Assembly: GCA_032718475.1 (NCBI GenBank)
Contig: JAUCBJ010008728.1
Location: 1 to 50,449 of the forward strand
Reading direction: 5' to 3'
DNA length: 50,449 nt
From: Nemertoderma westbladi
Lineage: Eukaryota; Animalia; Xenacoelomorpha
Position numbers and translations under genes: made by a program. Shown here piece after piece: positions 22,449 to 34,140 of this stretch. The notes below the pieces were generated by a model. That model did no database searches and was not told the origin of the DNA. It saw only the letters and a program-made list of their open reading frames with translations. Each line of letters opens with the position of its first letter. Within the stretch, counting starts at the first letter, position 1.

Positions 22449-23254
22449 GATTGCCTCGATTTATAAATCGCACGGATATACGGGGCCTTACTCCTTATAT
22501 GGTATTACGCAGACTGCCAATTAATGAAATTCAAATAAACTATAGAAATTGATGGTTGCACGTATTTACTCAATGGCATTCGAATCTAGGTGTACCTATA
22601 ATTCCTTGCATAGATCACGAATATCATACACACAATGTTCACAAATTTAAACAAAATACCAAATACGTTGTACCAAATATTAAATGTCACACCGCACTTA
22701 CGTACTAAAGAAGAGTATCCGTTACTGTTGATGCCCCACTAGTTCATTCAAGCCGATTGCCTCGATTTACAAATCGCTCAGATAGACGAGGCCTTACTCC
22801 GTGCAAGTTTGTAGGTTTTACACACGAAGAGTAACAGGGTACTTCAACCTTATCAATAAGGCGTCAACAAAGTAGTACTTGGCCCGTAATATAAAGTAAA
22901 ACGATCAATCAGAAAACTACGTAGTTTCAGTCCTACACGTATTAATTCCAGTTTATTCACGAACAAAATCACTAACGTAGGTAAGAACGTCCGAGCGTGC
23001 ACTCTCATAGAACCTACCTCAAGCTAGTTGGTTGTTTGATGTTGCAAAGTACCGTACTTTATTTCATCAAAGTAACAAGAGAACGACTATTACTGTCGAG
23101 GCATTTAAGACAAGATTAATTTTACAGTTCTCAATGGTAATATAAAGTTCGATCGCGTAACCCAATTTCGAAGTTCAAACACCGCACTAGACCTAGTCAG
23201 TCGTAAAGTACTAATTGCCTCGGTGTACCCACGAATCCGTGGGAGCACTTATAC
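22449..23254 (+). repeat. Dispersed hairpin-forming repeats upstream of copy 1 gag
   Basis: 46-nt copies at 22449-22494 and 22755-22800 (41/46 identical) with a GCCTCG...CGRGGC stem; a diverged third copy at ~23214-23254. Confidence 0.7.
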
Positions 23255-23326
23255 AACGGATCGTTACTTTGATACAATAGGTGGGACGTAAAGTACAGTA
23301 GATATTGATGGCTGTAAACTGAAATT

Positions 23327-23337
23327 AGGGGGGGATA
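23327..23337 (+). other. Polypurine-tract-like sequence abutting the candidate LTR
   Basis: AGGGGGGGATA immediately followed by TGTTGTAAT, the usual PPT/LTR junction pattern. Confidence 0.55.
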
Positions 23338-24163
23338 TGTTGTAATATACGTGTAGACAGTTCCGTTTCACTACGTTGTATGCAAGTATTCGTAATTATG
23401 ACTTATTATGAATTAATAATGAAACATTTGTGAAAGGTCTAGGTATAGGGTAAGTATACTTATTACTCGTACTATTGAATCGATATTGCTATACATTGAT
23501 CTTAAATATATTTGTTATGAATGCTTGTGTTCGTGTTGGTAAATAATATTACAGTGTTGGATGTCATACACACTCAATACGTTTGAACCGTTGTCGCCTG
23601 TAGGGCAATACTCGAAGTTAGCAACTCACCTATTATGGTGGTAAATAAAACGAGATGTTTCCTTTAAACAATGTTAATACATAATGAGCAACAACGATAA
23701 TAACAACAATAATAACAATAAATCAATGTTAACTATGTAAGTATGTAAGATAAGCATGTAAAAGGGTAAGTAAGTGAAAGTAAGTGAAAGTAAGTGAAAA
23801 GTAAGTGAAAAGTAAGGTAATAGTCTAGACCTCTTAGATCTTATGAGGTCTATTTACGGGGTTTGAGGGTAATAATATGAAGGTTACGCCTACAAAATGA
23901 ACTAAATCTAAACTATAAATACAATTGTCACAGAAGGACGGCCACTGGTAGTAGTAGCCAATGAGGACCCACAAACACGAAAGCAACACTACTTGCTATC
24001 TGTAAGCTGAGTGCAGACTTTCTGAGCCGACCAATAGGAGAAATAGGCAGACTAAATACAAATATCAGATTTACCAGCACGAATAAGTAGTGGGGGTAGC
24101 CGTGTATCTGAATAGCTATATTGCTGTACACAACACATATTATACAGTAACACTAGCGTTACA
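23338..24163. mobile_element. Candidate LTR (partner not in window)
   Basis: Begins TGT(TGTAA) after the PPT-like tract and ends GCGTTACA at 24163 (alternative short end ATATTACA at 23553). Contains two CCAAT boxes, TATAAAT and a (GTAAGTGAAA)n run. A different repeat family starts just after it. Confidence 0.45.
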
Positions 24164-24194
24164 TAGATTTTGGGGCTTGTGGAGCTGCATCAAA

Positions 24195-24510
24195 AAAGTC
24201 TCTGTAGAATTTCTAATTAAGCAATGCTCTATAGGTAACTACTACTAAATTTCAGATGAATCTGATCGTTGGTTCTATAATTACAGCTATTTTTACGTTT
24301 CTGTTAATTCGCCCCCTAGCAGCAGACCGGGGAACTGTAGAAGTCTGTCTGTGTGTAGAATTTCTAAATTTTTTATAGACTACATGTGTACCAAGTTTGG
24401 TTCCATTTCATCCATGATTGACCGACTTATTAGCGTTCAAACATTCCTGCCACAAACATAGCCAGAGGCAGCCACAAACGAATAAAAGCTGCAGGAACTC
24501 GAGCGATAAT
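24195..24510 (+). repeat. Helentron-associated (HINE)-like repeat fragment
   Basis: AAATTTCAGATGAATCTGA...GCCCCCTAGC...GCAGAC module identical in type to part of the 29245-38000 array unit, followed by an ACCAAGTTTGGT module. Family assignment is inferred. Confidence 0.45.
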
Positions 24511-24964
24511 TAATTTATTAATTATTAAATACTGTTTCAATTAAATTCTTTACGAAAATCTAGTCATCTTCTTTTAAATATGGACCCTGCATTCATGGAA
24601 AATATAATATTTGATAATTCATCAGTCAGCCTACGCTAATTTCACAGCAAAGTCCTTGTCATGGCCTGTGTGTAGTAGGCCATGGTACCACCCTACTACC
24701 GGCTGACCGCGTGACCGGTGGCAACTAGCACTTCAGCACTTGCACAGCAACAGCACTACCGGCGATACACAGGTGGAAATTTATGTAGAGTTTGCTCAAC
24801 AGTACAGATATAAAATAGTTATCTAAATTATATATATTACTATTGACAAGTATTGAAATATATACCGTTATTCGTGTTATCAGTATTTGCAACATCTGAC
24901 ATTGAAGAGGTGAGAGAAGATGAATACCGGCACTCAACAAAACCAACGCTTATCACAGGTCGGT

Positions 24965-25272
24965 ATGGTTACCTCGAAACCGGCGTGACTGTCCACTCGA
25001 ATACAACTTCAAAACACAAACGCCAACAATAAACTGAAAGCGAATCGAACGTCTTCAGAAGAATCTGTCATTGGGACGAAGAAAAGTAAGCCGAAACCAC
25101 GGGAATGGACCACAGCTAAGATTGAATGCTCCCATTGTCAGAGTTCCTGGACCGAAATTGAAACACCAATTGCCGATGGGCTTGATCTCTCAAACCAAAA
25201 CTTCTTCTGCGGGGTTTGTACGGCAGTAAAGATTGAAAGTCTGGAAGCTGGCATCCCTAGGTATTATTATTA
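24965..25272 (+). pseudogene. Degenerate ORF with C-x2-C...C-x2-C finger, possibly a CR1/L2-type ORF1 5' fragment
   Basis: ATG at 24965, in-frame TGA at codon 8, then ...KIECSHCQSSW...NFFCGVCTAVKIESLE. Confidence 0.35.
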
Positions 25273-26182
25273 TAAAGAGCGTCAGCCTGCGTTTAATAAA
25301 TATATTTTAATACAAAACAGGTCGAACGCAAAAAGGCTTATAATGAAGACGAGTACTGCATTGATTATATTCCTATAAACCACCTGGCTTTGCATATTGA
25401 ACGTGCGTTTGGAAATAAGTTCGTGCTACCCTTCCGTGGGTGGTAGATGTCGCGGTTATGTATTGGTGGGTGGGGGAGGGGGGGGGGGGCAGATTAAAGG
25501 GGGTGAACACGTGCTGTCCCCCTTTCTTTGATTAATTGGTGGTGTGGGTTAATCTCTCATAACCTGATTTTATGATACAGTCGCACAATTTTAATTTGTA
25601 TCTCATAACTGGGCCTCGTGCTGCGCGAAGGCCCCACGAACGTGTAATCTTTGTAAACGAATAGTGTTAATTGTTTTTATATATATTCCCAAGGTTTTGA
25701 ACCGACTGGCAATTACTGTACTGTAAGAAATCGAGGTTGTTTTATGTTTAGACATTTAACCCGCTAGTGGTGGTTAAAATCCCATATTTTGATCGTATTT
25801 AATGTCTAAATATTACAAACTTTAAGATTTAAATCAAACTCAGTAGTTATTAAGTTAAAGGTGACAAAAACTAATGACACGTATTTCCCCTTTATTGAAC
25901 CCTCCACCCACGACACTAGCTGAACAAGCCTGAAATCCAAAATCAGATAGGCCTAATTCATGGCAGCCGGTACTGGTACCGGACCGGTAGGCCTACTAAT
26001 TTGAAAATGTTAATGAACCTATATTATTACTGTATTATAATATACAGATATAGGTTAACTGGTTAATGCTGTGCTGTAATGTGCAGTTCAAGGCTCAGGA
26101 TTAGATTCGAGGCGTAGGTCACAGGTTTAGGGATATACAGGTAAGACTGTAAGACTATACGACTGAGGCACACTGTAACTGT

Positions 26183-27972
26183 ATGATGATATACTGCTAC
26201 TCAAGTAAAGGACTAGGGAAGGGTCCAGTTATACTAAGGGAGAACTGCCGATTATTGTCCCTGCAGGAAATCGGTATAGTCAATCTGACTCGAATGTTGG
26301 CTAACGGTATTGTAACATCTGAACGAAAGAAATGGGACGACAATTGTGCTGATAGTGCAGAGAGCGACAAGTGGACAGCTGTCTCCAAGTGGTTAAAGGA
26401 ATGGGTGGCTCCCAAACTCCGCAATGATCTATGGAAGTTCATTCTTCATTCGTATGTGATATCATTCAACCAGCTAAATTTATTATATTGCGGGTTACCA
26501 GTACCAGATTGGGATGACCCAATTACCGATCAACTACAGAACAAACCATCTTTGAAAGATATAATGGAGACTTATTCGTGTATCTTCCCATCGGATTGTA
26601 TGCTGCCTCAGTGGCCTGTCAAAGTTGTTATAGATGATGACTTTCTAGAAGAGTTCCCTGGTGATGTAGCCCCAGTTCTAATAAGTTGGCTTCCCAAGAT
26701 GACTGGCGCTCTCCAAACTCTCGATACCACTGGTTTTGTTGACGAAGATCGTCAAGAGCAAGGATTTCTTAACTTGGATAATGTTTTAACCCTATCTGTT
26801 TTGTTCCCCCAACTTACATCATTGACCATCTCTCATAAGGATCTCAATTCCAACACCGTCAACAGTATTGCGAGTTGTTGCCCTAATCTGGTGAATCTAC
26901 AAATTAAAAGATGGAGACTTCCCGATTTTGGTTTATTTTTGAATTCTTCTCTGTCCCAACTAAAAAAATTGGAAAAAGTAAGCTTTGAACTTTTCTGCAT
27001 TGAAACTGAAATTGAAACAATTCTTGACTACCATTTAAATAATCCAAAGTTATCTATGGCGGTTGACAAAAGTATGAAATTGCTTGATGTATTTTTGAGA
27101 CGTAACAACTGGACGAAAGGCGACGACCCTCAAATCGGTTTCAACTTCATTAATTTCAATCTTTATAATCGCCCTATTGGCTCTCCTTTTACCATCTCCC
27201 CAGAGTGCCCATGGTTGATAACCTTACTGAGTTTGTTATTCCCCTTTGCAAGGACTCTTTAGAAAGTCTCAAGTTAACTTGGGTGAATTATTCGTCAAAT
27301 TCCGATTTGCTACTTGATCAAAATTTATTCAATCTTATGAATAAATTCCAGAAACTATCTTCATTGACTCTTCAAGAGCGATCTACTTGCATTCTTCCCA
27401 ACTTCATTAGTACAGCCGCCAAAGACGCTATTGTTTTATCTGGAGTAACTTATTTTAAATTGGAATACAACACCGTAAACAGAGATGAGCCATATGATGG
27501 TCTCCTCTCCTTGGTGAACTTGTTTGCATTATTTCCAAATATACAATCATTGGTTCTGGAGGGTTGCACCTTGAGAGACGAAGACACTCCATTTATCCAG
27601 TCAGTTTCAGCACTCGATATGAAGTATTGTTGCTACGGAAGTGTAATAATCGCCCTGCGATTGCTATCCTTTCTGAATACACTTCGGGTTGAATTAGGTG
27701 GAGTCAAACCTCACCCTCCAAAAGAACAATCATTTGTTGACATTGAGAACATTTTCAATGCCGGTAATTTGGAAGGTCTAATAAACTGTCGTATCCAGGA
27801 TATGAGCTGCTATAACCCAGATATTCACTATGTTGAACAATTTTGTGACTTCGTGTGGAGAAGGTGCAGTAAGTTGCAACACTTTTATGTCATTATTGGT
27901 GATGATGATATGTATGATTATAGTGATGATGAGTATGATGATGATGAAGACGACTATAACTTCGACTTTTAA
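26183..27972 (+). pseudogene. Leucine-rich-repeat (FBXL/AMN1-like) protein gene with one frameshift
   Basis: Two overlapping ORFs (26183-27262, 27205-27972) with LRR-like segments FPQLTSLTI, IASCCPNLVNLQI, LKKLEKVSF, SLESLKL, FPNIQSLVL, CSKLQHFYV. Acidic tail; AATAAA ~28066; donor AG/GTAAG at 26141 upstream. Confidence 0.65.
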
Positions 27973-28974
27973 TAATATTATGCATTAATATTGTTGCCTT
28001 TTAAGTTTCTGAAGGGACACAGGGCTTAACCGCTTAAGTGGTCTTAACGCCACGAATAATACATAAATAAAGTTTGCCAACAGCTGTTTCTGGGCTAATA
28101 TATAATATTGATATAATGTTAATAATATAAATTTAAAATACTACATTAAAATTTAGAATCTTTAAGAGGCATTAAGGATGGCACTTACAGTAATTAGGTA
28201 CAATTAGAGAATTCGCAGTAAGTAGTAACAAGGCAGGTTAAAAATTTAAAATAAAATCTTTTAAGTCCTTCAAAAAAATTTTTTAATCTCTTATTAAATT
28301 ATTTTAAGTCGGGTGGGTACATGAGGTGGAGTGAATCTGGATGAACAGAAATTGTAGGTACCATATGACCGTTCATATCATATGACTGCAGTACCCAGCT
28401 CTAGGATAGGTACTGTAATTACGCCGTGCATATTACTGCAGTACCCAATGTACAAAGTACAACATACAAATCTGATTACACTTGATTATAAAATTTTGAT
28501 AACTTTGATATATATAATTTAGATAAAGTGAAATAAAAATTGAAAGATGAGACTGAAATGATGAAAGAAGATGAAAAAGATGAAAGATAAAACTACTTAT
28601 AATGATCTAATGCAAATAAGTCATACTGTCATACACTCAAAGTAGTTGCAATCAGTGACTCACCAACAAACTGTGAAGGCAAGGCAAAATACGTAGGATT
28701 TTAAAAGTTTTTTACGTAGTTACTAATATACAAATAGCAACCTAACAGTGAAATATTTCCACAAAATATTCGAGAACACAAAATCATTTTAACATTAAAT
28801 AAGGCAGCATCAGGAGTTGAAGAGTACAATAATTTGAATCGCAGTAACTATGGAAGCAATATAGTAAAATACTACAGTTAAATTTATTTTGTAACACTAT
28901 ATCGCTCTATATTTTATTAACGAATTAAGCAACAAAAAAGTATCAATTTAAGAATACAATAACGTACTAAATGG

Positions 28975-29090
28975 GGAAAAAGACGTAGAACATTTTTTTT
29001 CAATATTCTCTCGACCCTTTATTAACCTCGCTGGCGCTCGGTAAATAAAATGCCTTGAGAATAATGAAAAAAAAATTCTACTTTTTTTAC
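28975..29090. repeat. Palindromic (foldback) mini-element
   Basis: Arms GTAGAA..TTTTTTTTCAATATTCTC..TTTATT / AATAAA..GAGAATAATGAAAAAAAA..TTCTAC around a central CTCGCTGGCGCTCGG. Confidence 0.6.
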
Positions 29091-32000
29091 CATGTAATAA
29101 ATAATTATTTTGTAGCACCAATTCACATCCCCTGTGTCGGGATCAAGAGTAGTTATTTCGCGTTCGCGGATCTGAGCTGTGATGGCCTGCTTTGTTGACT
29201 TCTTTCGACCCCGTAGAGTAGCCTCGGCGACAAACTCACCAATAATTTCTAATTATGCAATGCTCCTAGGTCACTCCTACCAAATTTCAGATGGAATCTG
29301 ATGGTTGGTTCTACAATTACACAGCTACAGTACCTTTACGATTCTGTCAATTTCACCCCCCCCCCCCCCCTCCTAGCGGCAGACAGGGGAACTTTAAAGT
29401 CTGTCTGAATTTAGAATTTCTAAATAAGCAATGCTTGTAGGTGTAGGTCACTCTTACCAAATTTCAAGAAGATATATCAACCATACATAAAATATGTTAA
29501 AATAAAAATAATGCATTATTAAAACTTTTATTATTTTAGTTTACTTAACTGTGGTAATTACATTGCAAGTCTTACAATTCATGTTACTATTCATGTCATT
29601 TTTTTGAGAAAGTTTGACTGTCCCATTTGATTCAAAATTGATTTACTAAATTAAATGAACGGGAAAAGGGCCACCTTTACTATCATAAAGAATGATATGA
29701 TTTACATTAGGGCCACAAATATACATCTTTTACAGTGGCCTTTTGCATCCAAATTGATCTTACCAATAAACTGAGCTGAAAAAGGGCCAGAATGAAATAC
29801 AATGAGCTTTAACAGCATTAGGGCCATATACTGTATCGCCATGGAGATATTTATGGACAAGGCTCTTTAGAGCTAGAACATAGTAACGAATACCCTGCAA
29901 ACCAGAAGTATCCGAGGATTAATTTTGTATTGGAAATTTAATGCTGCTAAAAAGTTGTGCAATAGTGCAATGAGACAAATTATTTGAGAAAAACCCAAAA
30001 TTGTACATTTTAATATTGAAGTAATCTAAAATAATATTTAAATACTAATATTAAAATTCAGATAGTGAAATGACATTCAGAATACATTCGAACAGCAATG
30101 TTATTATTTAACACATATAATCGCAACATATTTTGAATGATATTCTAATACTATATTCCATACTATTGATATTATAATCTATTTCCAATGTTATCGAAAT
30201 ATTCAAATCAGAATATTTTCTTTGGAAATCAATTTGCATTGGGAATGAATCATAGCATTGTTATAACAATGATGCGAAAAGGTTATTCTAACGTTGTTTT
30301 TCGAATGTTGGCGGGTCATACTTCAACTGCGTTGAATAACAATATTATTCTAATGTTGTCCTAATGTTATCTTTATTAGGCCCTCTGTGGTACAGAACTT
30401 TGCACGTGTATTTCCATTGTTTTCATTATCGTTATTGTCCAGTCCTTGCCAGTGCAGATTGTTTAACACACCTACCTAGTGCGTGTCAACTAGGCCTACA
30501 TAACTGTAGGGTGTACAACTATATAATTTTAATTATTTAATTTGCATCCACATGAACCAAATGTGTTCATGTTTTGGTTTTCCTGGACCGTAACTTACAG
30601 TACAGTATATGGATGTTTTTCAGTACGGTTCCATACAGCCATACCTACAGTAGGCCTACAGATATATCAGTTCCAATGTGCGCGGTTGTCACATAATACA
30701 TACAGTAGAATGGCAGAACACCCTCCCCCCCCCCCCCCCCCCCTCCCACCCCTAACAAATGAATGCAAAATTAACCTAGGTGGGTACATGTATTTCACAA
30801 CCAGATAGAGGTGGGGGTGGGGGAGTGGCGCTTTGCACAATCAAATGCATGGGCGGATTAACAATGAGACCAATAAGGCACGTGCCACAGAGACCACGCA
30901 CGAGATCCGAAAGGCAGCTTGCGTTTTAGTTACAGTAAATAACTACATTTTGTTAAAAATTATCTGCACAATAAACAAACTTCGAGAGGGGGGTCGGGGT
31001 GGGTGTTTGCCTGTCATGCTGCCCCTCTACACAACATTGTTCCCTCCTTGGGGGAAATAAAGGAGGAAGGAGGAGTTGAAGAGTGTCCAAGGAACTTTAA
31101 AAATAATGGAATGGATTCAAGGAGAGACTCTTCATTCAGAGGTCCTGTTCCCCGACCAGCCGGTAGGATACTCCTGAGGATTTAGCCAAATGGGAAAAGG
31201 CCCTAAAGGAGAATAATGCACTGGCAAAGTATAAGGTGAGAATGATAATGGCATCTTTATCCTTTTATCCTATATGGGAAGTCGAAATTGACATTAAATT
31301 ATTTAACAAATTGAGTAAAACAGAATAATGAATTGTTGAAGATTACTACAATACCTTCGGGTAGTAGCTATCGAAAGGGGAGCCTTCTGGTCGCTTCCGG
31401 CTTCAGCCGACTGTTTGCTTTGCTTGATACGTTCTAGAAACGTATTCTTTTGATTTCATATTATTTATTCTAGATCAGTAATTAATAATTTTTACTAATG
31501 TAATAACTGTTTATATATTTTAGCATTAAAATGTTAGTAAGCGAAGAGTTTTTTCTAATCTTTGTAGATTGACGAATTCTCCAACTTCTCACAATCACTA
31601 TCGGCTGCGAGTTTTGACATCTGTGCACGATGGATGGAAACACATTCGCCGAGAAATATGGAAAAACCGCTAGACATGCAATCGGGAAAATTAATCATTC
31701 TAAGATGTATTAAAGGTTAGACAATTTTTCTTTTTTGTTACATACCGATATGGAATTGTTACAGTACATATAGGCTACGCCGGCATACATACAGTACATT
31801 GACGCTAATGCAAGTTGGTATATGACATTGATTTATTTATTTCTAACATTTATTGACACATTGTGGGGCCTTCGCGCAGCACGAAAGTCTATAAGAAAGT
31901 TACTAATCTCTATTAGATAAACGAAAACCTTCATTTCCAAGATATCAATCAGTGATGCATAAACTAGTTGTAAAAAACAGAGGTCCATTTCAGTTTAACC

Positions 32001-32407
32001 TTACACGCTTTTTAACTATTTTAACTTGACTTGAGTTTTTAACCTGCCTTAATACGATTTATAGAAGATGGATACTTGTATCCACTACAAAACTTGTTGC
32101 GTTCGTCCTATACAACCTGGTCACCAAATATATGCCTTAAAACATTCCTTTGGCAATATTGGATAAAATGTCAAACCGTCTAATATGCTAAACCAGGTTG
32201 TTTAGAGGTTATTGTTACAACACTCGTCTTCATTACAACCCTCGTTGCACTCGTCCTGTACATCTGATCACCAAATAACTAGCATAAGACATTCCACCAC
32301 CGGTGCTATCAAATTGCCATATCGTCCGATATTCTGTACTAAAGTTGCAAGTATAGTCAACATAATACTAGTCTCCTTCATTAGCTCATCCTGAAGACCC
32401 CACGCAA

Positions 32408-33706
32408 TCAGGGATCCCATTGAGAGACTGCTCCGTGGAAATCAGAATGGGTTCCGTAAAGGTCGTGGGACCATGGAGCCCATTTTGGCACTTAGAAGGA
32501 TAATTGAAGAGTTATCAAAAAAGAAAGACAGGCATCTGGCTGTTATCTTTGTTGACTTCTTCAAGGCCTTTGATTCAGTCTCTCGCTCACGTATGTTCAG
32601 CATACTTTCATTATATGGGATTCCTGATGAAATTATTGCAGCAATCAGATAGTATACGATGGTTCGACAACATTTGTGTCTACTGTTTACGGTGACACAG
32701 AACCATTTGAAGTGTTATGGGGCGTCCTCCAAGGAGACACACTTGCACCATTCTTGTTCATTATTGTGGTTGACTATGTTCTACGCATGTCCTTAGATCA
32801 TTATAATGATGATGGGGTGATGATAACTCCACCTACTGGCTCCAGAAGTCGAGGAAATCCTGCCAAGTACCTAACTGATCTAGACTTTGCTGATGACTTA
32901 GGAGTACTCTCAGAATCATTAGAGGGAGCCCAACGGCTCCTCAGCTCATTAGAACATGCTGCTTCTAGTGTTGGTCTTTTTATTAACTCCAGAAAGACCA
33001 AAATTCTGACAGTTAACTTTGAAAGTCCTCAGCAAGTCTCTGATCGGATGAGCATAAGCTCAAAGGATGGTATGCTTGAGCATGTGGACGACTTCTGTTA
33101 CCTGGGATCATGGATCCGGAAGTCAGGTGATGACCTTCGAATACGTAAGGGAAAGGCATGGGCAGCCTTGAATAGGCTTTCCAGGATTTGGAAGTCACCG
33201 AGAATTAATCGGAAACTTAAGGTCCGATTATTTAGAGCAGCAGTAGTTCCAGTACTCCTCTACGGGAGTCCATGCTGGGGTCTAACTGCTGAGGACACCA
33301 AATCTCTGGAAGGCACATTCACAAGAATGCTACGCCGGGTACATTGTGTCAAGTACAATGCACACATCTCCAACCAGACACTATATAACATTGGAGGTGT
33401 CTCATTGGTTCCCCCAAGCTTGACACTAGAACAAAATCGCCTCCGCTTTGCAGGACATTGCTTTCGCCGTGAGGACCAGCCAGTGCATAATCTTGTACTT
33501 TGGCAGCCTCATGGAATGAATAAGCATGGTGGACAGCCCATGACTTTCTTGAGACGCATCTTAAAGGACACTGGCCTTAAAGATGCGGATGATCTAGCAA
33601 ATGTCATGGGTGATAGGGAGTTGTGGCGGTGCAATTTTGTTGACAAGCCGGCACAGCATTCTTAAAAATGCAGCTGCAATGCAGCATGCCGATCCTAGTA
33701 GTAGTA
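32408..33706 (+). mobile_element. 5'-truncated RTE-clade LINE with (TAG)n tail and 92-bp TSD
   Basis: RT motifs NQNGFR, FVDFFKAFDSV, GVLQGDTLAPFLF, LDFADD, FCYLGS, VLLYGS, RLRFAGH; one frameshift at ~32650; very short 3' UTR; identical 92-bp flanks at 32316-32407 and 33707-33798. Confidence 0.92.
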
Positions 33707-34084
33707 GCCATATCGTCCGATATTCTGTACTAAAGTTGCAAGTATAGTCAACATAATACTAGTCTCCTTCATTAGCTCATCCTGAAGACCCCACGCAAAT
33801 TCTATTTGGAAAATTGATAAACTTTTGCCAAACAACATGTGTACTAAGTTGGATTAGATTTCATCGAGATTTAGCCGAGTTATTCACATTTAAAAACACG
33901 GACCCACAGATCGAGAGAACGCTTACTTTCGTGGCTCGCCCCACATTCACGCAGTAGGATAATTTGAACATAATATTATTGTGTTTCATTTTATGTAAAG
34001 AAAGTAAAGTAAATAACTGAATTCTGTACCCTAGGAAGAACTGCTATAGTTTGAATCTCGTAACATAATAACCTAAAATAACAC

Positions 34085-34140
34085 GTCCGTGGGGCCTTCG
34101 CGCAGCAAGAGGCTCAGTCATGAGATACAAATTTAAATTA
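34085..34140 (-). repeat. Dispersed repeat terminus (HINE-like) with copies at ~25585-25645 (opposite strand) and ~31863-31884
   Basis: GTGGGGCCTTCGCGCAGCA shared by three sites; the longer match extends to ATGAGATACAAAT. Confidence 0.55.
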
